DNA of 54,561 nucleotides from positions 5,027,081-5,081,641 of the forward strand of contig NW_003526943.1 in NCBI RefSeq assembly GCF_000181795.1, read 5' to 3'. Below the pieces are notes generated by a model. It was not told where the DNA came from. It made no database searches and saw only the letters and a list, made by a program, of their open reading frames with translations. This stretch comes from Trichinella spiralis (Eukaryota). The position numbers were made by a program, and so were the translations under genes. This document shows positions 1 to 11,488 of the stretch, piece after piece (position 1 is the stretch's first letter; each line of letters begins with the position of its first letter).

Positions 1-1127
1 TGCTTTGATAGAACAAATACGGATCAGCAAAAAATAAGGGTAGCAGTAGTAAAAGCAAGTGGGACAATGTTGACAACTGGATGCTTTTCGTGTGTTGGAA
101 TAAAAGTGAACGTCCAGTTTTTGGCAAAAACTTGCCGACCTTCGTATTCAATTTAACCCATTTTCATACAGGCCTAATAATAAAAGTTGTCACTTTTTGA
201 GGAGGTGCAACGCCCACAATTTTTGTCTGCTTCTAATAATGACAATTAGTCACAGTTGGAATTGAACCATTTCATCCCATACGGCCCTTTTTTCTTTCAT
301 CCAATCCACAGGTTAAGCAAGCATCACTCGTGAAAAACTATTCCTTCATTAATTTGCATTATGAATAAAACTTTTTTAATGTTCGTTTTTTGTCTAATGT
401 ATAATAATTTTTACAGCAAATAAATTCTGTTTCCTGTTCAACAATTCAAATCATAGTTTATCAAAATACCCCGATTATTTCTAGTTTGGAATTTCAGCAT
501 TGAAATGAAATCCACAACACACCAACAATATTATGCGAATTTGTGAACAAGAAAAAGTAATTTACACAATTAATATACATATATATATCCAGATATACAC
601 TTTAAACGCTTCATTTATTCGCTACTTGAATATATTTTATAAAATTCATACTTTTATCCCTTTCCTTGGCATATGACGTAGTATTTGAATAATTCATTGA
701 AATAATTAATTACTTATGAATTGCATTCAAAAAAATAGCTCATCAATCAACTATTTTCAACATTTTTATAATAAAAAAATGTTACTTTCTAAAAATGAAG
801 CACACCTAAATAGAATAGTTACCTAATGCAGAACTAGGTCTTGATCATTTACTACTTTTACGCTACTGCCCTACTGACTGCTGAAAATGAAAGTCTCTTT
901 TGAAGATAATTATCACTTTGGCCTGAATTTTCTTTCACCTGACCTATGAGTTGCAACTGAATTTTAAATTAACACGCAAAATTATTTTCAACACACACTG
1001 ATTTATTCATTTATCTATTTATCAAAAACAATGCATTAAAAAAAACGGCCCAATGTCATTTCAAAAACAGTTTCTGGAATAAAATATATTGCATCAATGT
1101 AGCATTTACTATTTATGTTCACCGCTT

Positions 1128-1412
1128 TCAACCAAAAAATTCATAATTTTCAATTTCATCACTCCGATCTAACAAACGACTGATAAGAGAAAGTCGATTT
1201 GAGAAAACTGTCATCGACGAATCCATTTTAGCACAAAAACCTTCAAATGTGTCTTCACGCTTACGAACAGCTTCCAACCAGCCTTTCATCTGATTCAATC
1301 CTTCCTTTAAATCAACAACTAATTCTTGAATAAGATCATTCGCTGTAACGCGAGTTCGCAAATTTCGAGACTGCTCTCCAGCAACTTCCTCATCAGATAT
1401 TGGCACAGGCAT
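1128..1412 (-). CDS. Small (94 aa) predicted coiled-coil protein; probable diverged paralog of the KXD1-like gene at 2531-2854
   Basis: Clean single-exon ORF. The ATG directly follows an acceptor (ttattag|ATGCC), as in the neighbouring gene. The upstream ~150 bp (1527-1680) aligns with 2971-3115. Confidence 0.55.
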   Translation of the reverse strand: MPVPISDEEVAGEQSRNLRTRVTANDLIQELVVDLKEGLNQMKGWLEAVRKREDTFEGFCAKMDSSMTVFSNRLSLISRLLDRSDEIENYEFFG

Positions 1413-2530
1413 CTAATAAAGAAGAAACCAAATTAATTACTTAAGCACAACATCTATTGTCTTAAACTTTTTCATCATTCGGTTTAATAAAAAGCATTCT
1501 TTTTTAATATTAACAACAATTTCTATCCATAAAAAGTACAGTACAAATGTGACATACAGGTTTAACTTGGAAATGAACACAGTAACCTTATCTGATGCGT
1601 ATTCTTTGCTTAAATAATAATTCTATTTTATAATTTGTAATTTAAAACATCTAAAAATGTTTAATAACTAAATAGCTCATATCTAATGAAATATCAGTAC
1701 AGCAGTAAAATGGCAAAGACTCTCTAAAAGCTATTTGATAATGGTAATTTTCATGTTATTCAGTTGCCAACATCACAAGTCTAACATAGGGTTGTTTTTG
1801 TTATGTCAAATAATGTCAATAATAAAATATATGAGTACTCATTTTAGAAGTTCTAACCCAACAACTTTGAGAAAAATACTCTTAACGACAGTATGAATTA
1901 AAATAAAACTTGATTATGAAAAAGGTTGACAGTGAGTTTTGGTTGTTGGCGGAAAAGAGATGTAAAGAGATCAATATTATTAGACAAGCGTATTCCAAAT
2001 ATTGTATTGCATTGTATTGCATTTGTTATTTCCAGGATTAAAGACATCCATCGTCTTTGTTTGGTCAGTACAGTCGAGGGACAGTTTCTCTGTTTACGTC
2101 GATATCAGTCAAGTTTAATTAGATAGACTTATCATAAGTCTACCATTGATCGACGCAGTCTAGTGATTCTGTCGAAGGCAGAACTGAATTCTGAAGGCCT
2201 CAGAAATCGTACAATCACTGTTAACTTTAAAATCGAATAATAGCAACGTCGAGCTGTTCCTAACAAATACTTTTCTGTTACATAATAATTTTGAAAAAAT
2301 AATCTTCCTAATTAATACTGATAAAACACTTATCTGAAGTTACAAAAGAATAAACTTGCCAATAAAAAATATAAGTGGAAGCAAATGCTTTATAAAACTG
2401 ATTAAAGTAAACATTTAAATGAACAGCTCCCATCTGGCTTTCACCCAAATTTTATTAAAAAATATGAAATCATAACTGAATAATACATTTTGTAAAACAA
2501 AAGCATTAACACTGCGTACTGTTTTAGCAT

Positions 2531-2854
2531 TTATTGATCTTTATCGTCTTCTATAAATGAATTCGAACAAACAGGAAAAGCTTTGCCATGCTTACGGGCA
2601 AAATTGTATATATAATCTAAGTCTGTCTTTATGGTCATCAATATTTCCTTATTGGCAGCAAAATCTTTCTTAAACCCATCTATACGACTGCTGGAAACAT
2701 TTACGCAGTTTTTCAGCATTTCGTTGCTTTTCTCTAAGCGAAATAATATTTCTCTTTGAAATTCAAGGATCTTAGCTATTCTGCTGTTAGTTTCTAAGTT
2801 TTCAGACCGTTCTTGCTCTTTAGCAGCATTCTCATTAGACGATGATAAAGGCAT
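2531..2854 (-). CDS. kxd1: KxDL motif-containing protein (BORC/BLOC-1-associated KXD1-like)
   Basis: RLEKSNEMLKNCVNVSSSRI...KEILMTIKTDLDYIY resembles the KXD1 pattern RFEKTNEMLxNxNxLSxxRL...LxxMKxDLDxIF. The ATG is preceded by tttttag. Confidence 0.8.
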   Translation of the reverse strand: MPLSSSNENAAKEQERSENLETNSRIAKILEFQREILFRLEKSNEMLKNCVNVSSSRIDGFKKDFAANKEILMTIKTDLDYIYNFARKHGKAFPVCSNSFIEDDKDQ

Positions 2855-3114
2855 CTAAAAAATATATTTCACATAATTATTTAAACAATAACTTTTGCCT
2901 TAAATACTCCCTTTCAAGTGTGTCACCTTACAAATAGCACAATTTTTTTATTGTTAATAATAACTTCGGTCCATAAAAAGTACAGTACAATTTTGACGTA
3001 CAGGTTTAAATTGAAAAAATAATAACATCAACTGAGGCGTACTCCTTGATTTGATTATACTTTCATATTCTAATTTACACTTAAAAATATCTAAACATTT
3101 CAAACAATTAAATA

Positions 3115-3960
3115 TAGTCGAACTCCGATTATCCGATCACTGATTATTCAAATACATGTTGGCCGGCTGTTAAAAATGCATTGTTTATGATATTAAATCA
3201 ACCTGCATTTTGCTAATACTGCAACATTCTGTTGTTTGCTAATTTTATGTTCGGGATGTCTACTTCTAGAAAGAGAAAGGTTTTGAATTTGGTGCAAAAA
3301 CTAAATTAAAAAAGCAAAAGCTTCAAGTAATGTAGGAAAGAGTGTAAGTTGCGCGAATGCTATGGGTAATGATCGTTTACAAGTGTTGTTAGTTAAAAAA
3401 TCAAAACGTCCACGAGTTATGATTGCTGTGCAGAAATTGCCTGTGGTTTATGATTATCAGTCAAAAACCTGGATGACAAAAGATATTTTTTCTGTTGGTA
3501 TGATGAGTTACTTTTTCCTTACGTTAAAAAATACCAGCAGTAGACAAAAAAATTAGAAAAGATGCTACTTATAATTGACAATACGCGTTGTCATCCTAGT
3601 TGTGAATTGCTAGGCTGTGATAATGGCATGTTCAAGGTTATGCTTTTGCCACTGAATACATCAACGCTTGTTTAGCTAATGGATCAAACCGTTAATCAGA
3701 ATTTAAAAAAGTAGTATCCTGCGAAGAATTGTCCTTTTAGATACTCAGGAGACGATTTGATGTCACTACTTAGGAACGTCAATTTTAAAGATTGCTGCTA
3801 TATGACTGCGGAAGCGTGGAACTCTCTCAGGAACTACTTTGCGCGTATCGTGGAATAAACCTCTCGGTTACATTAAAAAATGTGTAAAACAATCAACAGA
3901 CTGTGATAATTGATGGCTGTACAAGTGTGATTGAAATGTTCAAGGAATTTAAGTTATGGT
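3115..3960 (+). mobile_element. Degenerate Tigger/pogo (CENP-B-like DDE) DNA transposon, internally deleted
   Basis: Tigger-like terminus ta|tagtcgaactccgattatccg. Fragments MSTSRKRKVLNLVQKL (HTH start), CANAMGNDRLQVLLVKKSKRPR, QSKTWMTKDIF, LLIIDNTRCHPS and LPLNTSTLV*LMDQ match the DDE_1 pattern, with stops and frameshifts. Confidence 0.85.
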
Positions 3961-3989
3961 TGGACAAAGGCCAAAATAATTTTCAAAGT

Positions 3990-5640
3990 AATAAATAATT
4001 TGTGATAATCTAGAAGATTATGAAAAATCACCAGCTTTCTAGCTAGATTGCTTTGCTGAAAATGCATTACTTGCTTCAAAAAAGGCTCATTTACTGGGTA
4101 CACTCGTGGCACTGACAGCAAAATAATCTCGCGCCATTTGTGTTAAGTGCGGATATATTTTTGAATGAACTTTCCACGAGCTTCAAGATTCTGTATTCGT
4201 GGGTTCTGCAGCAGCATTGAAATAACTGTCTACTGCATCTCCGTGTAACAGTGCATTGGCTTCATGTTCACTGTCTGAATTGAACAAAGAAGAATGAAAA
4301 GGCTGATCCGGTTTTGTGGTTCTGGATAAAACATCAAGTTTTTGCAATATGTCTCGAACTGTCTATTTTAGCTCTAAATTTTTCAACTCAGACTTCCGTT
4401 TAAATTTTGGATTGAAAATTTTTTAAATTTTCATAGTTCTGCATTTATAATGTTTTTTATATTTCGAAATTTCGTTCTTCATTGTCATGAGTGCTTCATT
4501 TAAACTGTTGTCTACTGATCAATATTCATCACACAATTTCAGGATATTTTTTATATACGCATGAGCGTAGCACAGTGGTGCATACTTTCTTCTTGAAAGA
4601 AGTTTCGTGATATAAGCAATTGCAGTTAACAATTTAATAACATTTTTTATAATAAACCAATCTCGTTCAGGAATGCAGTATTTTCCTGCTTTTTTATTTG
4701 AAATCATAAGTGCTTACTTTCAGCGCTTTCCGCAATTTAACTAATTTGTTAATCATTTCTGCACATGATATCCATTATCCAATCAGGTGTAGGAATTTAC
4801 TGTTGAATATCCAAATTAAACTTTAGAAGTTGTTCATTAGAAGCTTCTGTTCGAAGTATTGAACATCGCCAGAAACTTGGAAGATTTCCATGTTTCCCGA
4901 TTGATTCACGAATGAATGATATAAAATCTTGAACCGCTGTATTAATGACGTGACCCATAATAACAAGCATGATAACTTTCACAAGGTACATCATATGGAA
5001 CGCTGAATTGATTATATAAAATCTGCATCGATTCAATAATCACTGCTGATGCACTATTGGTTGTTCCAGCTAATATTTTCCCCTCAATATAGATAACGCT
5101 GTATTTGCAGCAATATTTAGAAGATAAAATCTTTGAAATGACAACAGTGCGCCACGTATGTTAATTTGGTTGTCAATCTAATGTGTTGTGGCAGCAATAT
5201 AATCACACATTGTCTTGGATGACCAGCTATCAGCTATGAATGACACAAGAGAACTTATGTTACCGAAAATATTTTTCAGATTCTACCTTTTAACATTAAA
5301 CAATTTTTTGATTTGATCTTGCAGAGTAATTTACTTAGGCAATTTTACGTTGCTGTTCAAAATTAAAGCAAAACTTGATTTGAAACTAGGCATCTACACA
5401 AAAGAAAATGTCAATACCGCAATTATAACAAAAAGGAAGCAATATTCCATTTGCTGATTCATCATATTCCTAAAGATCAACAAAATCAGTAATGGAAAAT
5501 TGTGCAACTTCTCGCATTCTGATATAAAATCAGTATTAGGAATCAAGAAAACAATGGAATGAAGTTGTAACTTTGAAGTGCTTATTTTTTTCAGTATAAT
5601 CAAATTTATTTTCCTACTTCGAGACTTTTATCTGCCAACT
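3990..5640 (-). mobile_element. Degenerate hAT transposase
   Basis: Minus-strand fragments SFIADSWSS (DxW motif), MGHVINTAVQDF (degenerate CxxH region) and WKVHSKIYPHLTQMARDYFAVSATSVPS (hAT C-terminal dimerisation domain). Many stops. Boundaries approximate. Confidence 0.85.
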
Positions 5641-7626
5641 CCTAGTTTGAGGCCAAGAGTATAACCCAAGTGTGATTTTAATATATAGCATTTAAATATT
5701 AAGTAAATTATTGTATATGGATAAGAGAGAATTGTCCAAATTATATTCGTTTATTTCTTTTTACTATTTTACATATTTAGTGAATGATTTAGCGAATGCT
5801 TGAACTTTGTGATAAATTTACACCCACAAAAAATTTCATTTAAATCATTATTAATATAAAATGAAAGCTGAAAAAATCAAAAGAATTTCACATTAAAAAA
5901 AGATTAAAAATTGTTAAAAATATAAGTGAAAAACATTAACATGAGAAAATTTTTTTTTAATAAAATGAGAGAATGAAAATAAGAAAGAAACACAAAAAAT
6001 GATGAAATATAAAAAAATATTATAAAAGAAACGCACTCGCTTAAAAAAGCACATGTGAAGGAAACATTTGTGCGTTCAAGTGTTTAGTTGGCATGGTTTT
6101 ATTGCTTTTCATTTATTCACAGAGCGGCAGTTGAAGAATTGCAACATTTTTCCAGCTAACGCCCAGATGTCAGCGTTTTGAAATTTATAAGCAAACATTA
6201 AAAATGATATTTATCTTCTTTTTCAAGGTCATTGATTTTGCTTTTTGAAATTTAAACTTCCTGTTTGATGACTGAGCCGAAAATGAAAAGGTTGATTAAT
6301 GATAGCGGCTTTATAATATCTATTCAAATGATCGCTTCTTCGTTATCTTCAGAATTGAATTCTGCTTCCTTTGTAAAAATTCTTTTTTTTTTGAAAATTC
6401 ATCAAAAGATGAAAAATATCACCATTCAATTATTGAATAGCTTTTCTTCTCTTTTATCAATAAATCATTTGACAATTTAAAAAATTTTATTTTTTCAGTT
6501 GCAAAACTTGAATTTTATCCGATTTTGAAATTGTTCCAATAGCAAAAAGTCGATTTTTACAAATTGCAAATAATTAACCTCTCCGATAATCATCATGACA
6601 AAATGAAAATATTATTTGATAAAAATTAAATACGACGAATATTTTTTTTTGGAAAATTAACTGAAAATAATTTCAACAAATAGTCTGCGTTGAATTGTTC
6701 AATTCAATACGATTCTTTGCATGCAATAACAGGTTTTATGTCAATTTTACCTTTCCACTAGTGTTAATCTTTATTATTATACAACTCACTTTACTGCTGT
6801 TTTTTTTCTATTTACAAGTACTATTGTTCATTACATTTTTTGTGACACTGATTTTCAAGACCATACTGAAATAAATTTCAGGAATATATATATTTTTTAA
6901 AATCTGTATAAAATTATGTAACTGACAATAATACATTTTATGTATGTACGTTAGTTTCACCAACTGCTGGATACATGCATTGAGAAAACAAGATATTTGG
7001 AAACGAAACGCGGACGTGTAAATTAGCTGATGAAGCGAATTTTGCAGAGTTTTTCATCCTTCGTATGATACGATGATCGTATAATTCTTTGTATAAAGTA
7101 AATTTCACAAATTTATATCAAATGCATCTTCCATTTGTAAAAAACAACAACATTTCAATATGCTACTCAGTAGGTTAGATATTGATGAATCCAAAAACTG
7201 AAATTAAATAATTTTTTCAATTTAATTCTTGTCACTTATTGTTAATAATTTAAATATGTTAAAAATAAATAAAAAGATTTATTTTTTGAAACGTTGACAA
7301 AATACTGAATTTCAAAGCGATGAACATGTTTTATAAGAGAGTTTTACCAAATGAAAGATTGAATCTAAGACATGGAATTCAATATTTAATTGAAATAATT
7401 GTTTGTTTGTATTGATTTAAATTTTTTATTGTTTATAAATATAAATTGAAAATTTGTAATTCAATAAAAATTGTCCATTTAAAAAATAATACTTAATTAT
7501 TAATATTTTTATACAGTAGGTGTAGAAATAGTCGAAAGAATTGTCTTGCCGTAGTCGCGTAATTCGTTAAATAAAAAAAATAAATTCTTAGGTATTTTGT
7601 CAAATCAGTTGTGACAGAAGTTTAAA

Positions 7627-9237
7627 ATGCGCTCAAAAAGTCAGCAGCAACAGGAATCAATCAGCGATCCTATCACTGAAGAAGAACTGCGTAAATTGGA
7701 TGTAATCACTCCGTCCGATGTTATTCGATTAAACCGAATAACAAAGGGTGAGAAAAGATCTCCATTGCTTTCAAACTTTGATTTCTTAGCATCGCATTTG
7801 AAAAGTTTTGTTTAATCAACATTTACAGTAGCAGTGCATGCTTTGTCATTAAAGTTCACCATCTTAAATGATTTTTATTGGTCAAAAAAGTGTCAACGTG
7901 TGTATTTTTTGAAGAATATTGTTTTAAAGTTTTTTTTATTAAACAATGTTAAACTTGGTTTAGCCGGATGCTACATCGTAATATTTTTTGGTTGACAATA
8001 TTATCGATTATTTTTTACGTATTGTATTATTTCAGATTATCTGTGTGGACCGGATGCAAACATCTATGACATCGAATTTACATGTTTCAAAATTCGAGAT
8101 TTGGACAGTGGCATTGTTCTCTTTGAAATTGCCAAGCCAGATGACGGTTAGTGAAATATAAAAATACAAGAAAAATACTTTTTTAATACTCCATTATAGG
8201 AGTAATGTTTAAATATTTTTGTTTCAGTGTTTAAGTGTTTTCAATTTTATTTTTATTCGCCATTGTGAGCTGATTTAGCAGAATAGTGCTTTACTGATGT
8301 GAAAATTTAAATTTTACCAGATTTTAAGTATTATAAGTTTTAGATCTTTTTGCAGATGAAGACGTGCATGAGCGTGAATGTAGCGGTGGTAGATTTGTGC
8401 GTTATCAGTTTACACCTCAGTTTCTTCGACTGAAACACGTTACCGCCACGTGAGGGAAAATAGGAGAAACTGTGTTCTTTTATAATTTGCATAAAGTATT
8501 TCATTTTCTAGGGTTGAGTTTACGGTTGGTGATCGACCAGTGAATCGATTTCGAATGATCGAACGTCACTTTTTCAAAGACCAGCTGTTGAAAAGCTTCG
8601 ACTTTGAATTTGGATTCTGCATTCCGAATAGCACAAACACTTGCGAACATATATACGATTTTCCTCAAATTCCCGAAGATTTGGGTATTGTAATATTAAT
8701 ACTTTTGCATATTTTATTCGTGGAAGAGGGGCTGTTTCCGATTTGCATCGCTATACGTGTAAACAGGCTCTGTTGTTACTAAGTTACCGCAGACGCTCAT
8801 AATGGTGGTGGTCGTACTCATAATAGTGCACTTTAGCTGGTCGCAGTGACGCTGCATCAACTTGGGACGAGTGTCAATAATAACAATAATAATAATAAAG
8901 AATCGTTTCGCTGTATTCTTAATTGATCTGTTTCATCAAAGGTGATCATTGCAATTATTTAAATGGTATTTGAAATGTAGAATTGTTTTTGAAAAATAAG
9001 TGTACATTTGAAAATGAGACGATTGATTTTTACCAACTGATCTTCAATATTGCGCGTCCATTTATGATAATGAAATATGTAAATTAATATGCTCATAATT
9101 TTTATTTTTTTTTAGTACAGAAAATGATCAACTGCCCTTACGAGACTCGATCGGACAGTTTCTATTTCGTCGAGGATCGTCTGATAATGCACAACAAAGC
9201 AGATTATGCATACGATGGTGATGTTTATCGTTATTGA
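7627..9237 (+). CDS. unc-119: UNC-119 (PDE-delta-like lipid-binding protein), 5 exons: 7627-7747, 8036-8146, 8356-8449, 8512-8684, 9116-9237
   Basis: GT-AG exons join in phase to give [69 protein letters not shown] and [26 protein letters not shown], the UNC-119 signature segments. Confidence 0.97.
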
Positions 9238-10015
9238 ACGATTGACGAGAATGGTTCCAATTTTATTTTTTGGAAAATATACGCAAAAATTGAAGTGAAA
9301 GCAAAAAAAATATTATTATTATTGTTTGCTGTTTTATTATCATTTTGCTTGTTTTCTGATTGATAAAATTCCACGGCGTTGACTTTTGTTCCAGCCGAGT
9401 AGTTATAAAAATTCATTATTTTCTTAAGCCATGTGCCGAAGCAGTTTTTCACTTTGTCTCAATATTGTTATTTTTCACTTCCACAATTGATTTTTATTCA
9501 TTTTTTAATTGTACAATATTCTGCAATATATATATATATAATATATTCGATCAAATAAACAGTTGTGAATAATTGAAATCAGTCACGTACGTATGCTGCT
9601 TATGAATGAATAATTAACCTGAATCGAGAGTGCGATTAAACGAAAATTTTCCATTCTTACACACAAAACAGATGGCGGCAAACAGTGTCATTATTCTTCA
9701 TTTTAATAATTAAAAGCAAAATAGTTTCTTCATTTAATGATACAATTTTAATTATTTATGTGTACAATTATGATTATTATTATTTTCACGACCAAATAAA
9801 TGATAATAGAAGAAGACGTTGTTGTTTAATTTCTTTAAAATGGAATTTCCATTAGCACAGAAAGAAGTAAAATGATTTTGATTGTTAATCTTTTTTTTAT
9901 TTATTTTTTCTACGTACGAAAAAAAAGAACAAACAACGTGTATATAATAAGTAAAATTGAAAATTGTCCCCTTCCAAAAAAACAAAACAAAATATATTTA
10001 TTTATATTCCCTTTC

Positions 10016-11124
10016 CTAATAATATTGATCGTTATTTTCTTTATCTTCTTCGTCCTCATCATAATAAGCATCATCATTATCATAATCGTCGTCGTCGTCG
10101 TCTTCATCAACACTTTGTCGTATAGTATTCAACGAGGGAAAGAATTCCGCATCCAGTTGTTGTTGTTGTTGTTGTTTATTTATGCATATTTTTGGATGAT
10201 ATTGAAATTGGTGAAAATTGCCAGAACGAGAATGTAGAAACAACGTCGACGTGGTTGTAGTGGTGGTGCTCATGCTCCTCCTGTTCGGCGACGTTGGAAT
10301 TATTCCACGCCCAACAGAGCCACGCCCATGCAGGCAGCCGCCCATGCCCGAACAAACCGCCTCCAGTTGATTCTGCAACGTCTGAAGACGTTTGCGTTTC
10401 GCGGACGACTGTTCGCGGAGCGTTTGCAATGCTAATTTCAAATGCTTCACCTGAACCCTAGAACTACGTTCTACACGGTCGTATGTCAAACGCAGTTCGT
10501 CCAAAATGATCATTTCACGCGACAACAGACAACGCTTCTCTGACAAGTTATTTTCAGCGATCTGAAATTAATAATTTTATATGCATATTTTGTTTATTTG
10601 TTTAATTTAAATTTCAATACTTGAATCGACTGTTGCAGTTGGGCAATTTCTGCCCTAGCCTTGTGTTCTCTGGCTTGCAAATGGTCAAACCGCAACTTTC
10701 GTTCGTAAGATTCCACTTGTTCGAATTCATGTTGCAGCGAGTGATTTTCATGATAAATTTTCCCTTCTTCCACAAATGGCTAGATGATGAAAATAATTTT
10801 TAATAATTTTCAATATCAATAAATATCCCAACAACAACAACAACAACTTTGGTGAATTACAAGAAATGGGCTGTGTTCGATGGCGAACTGTTCGGCAGAT
10901 TGTTGGAAATTGTCCAATTCGTCGGTCAGTTCAACGTTCAACCGATCCAACTGTTGTTTAGTCCGTTCGACCAGTGCTCCAACAAGGCCCCGTTGCTCTT
11001 GCAAAAATTCGATATTTCTCTTAAACGTGCCCATTTCCATCAGTTCTGCAATGTGGCGCGTTCGTCGATCACGGAGATGAGCCACCGCAGAACGCAACTC
11101 TGTCCATTTCACATCGCCGTCCAT
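10016..11124 (-). CDS. Unknown coiled-coil protein (~322 aa) with strongly acidic C-terminal tail; exons 11124-10861, 10779-10621, 10561-10016
   Basis: Three phase-0 exons separated by short GT-AG introns. Heptad-rich E/Q/L/R composition; ends DEDDDDDDYDNDDAYYDEDEEDKENNDQYY. Confidence 0.75.
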
Positions 11125-11488
11125 ATTCTTCGCTTTTTTTTCAAAATTTTAAAATGAATACATTAATTAATTATCATATTTCAAAATAAAAACAAATTAT
11201 TATTATTATTATTGTTATTATTAAAATTATTTCCCTGAAAAAAGCTAGAAAAACAGAGCGAGAGAGAGAAATAAATTTTCCCGTTGTTCAAACAAAATTG
11301 GCAACACGAAAGCAACGCATTAAAAACGAAAAGAAAATCAATGAATAAATAAATAAATCATATTTATGAATTGTTCAAATTTTAAATAATCTCATTCGTT
11401 GCTCTGTTCGGCTTGTTGTTATTGTTGTTCTTTTCGTTTTTTCTTCTTTGCACAATTTCTCTTCCTTTGTCGCACCCTTTTCTTATCA

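Noticed and set aside
6100..6600. Possible small minus-strand gene (fragment NADIWALAGKMLQFFNCRSVNK*)
   Set aside because: Could not assemble a consistent exon chain or recognise a product.
9752..10237. Hydrophobic ORFs of 60-120 aa here and throughout the AT-rich and microsatellite regions
   Set aside because: Products of T-rich or trinucleotide repeats, or antisense to real exons; no splice or homology support.
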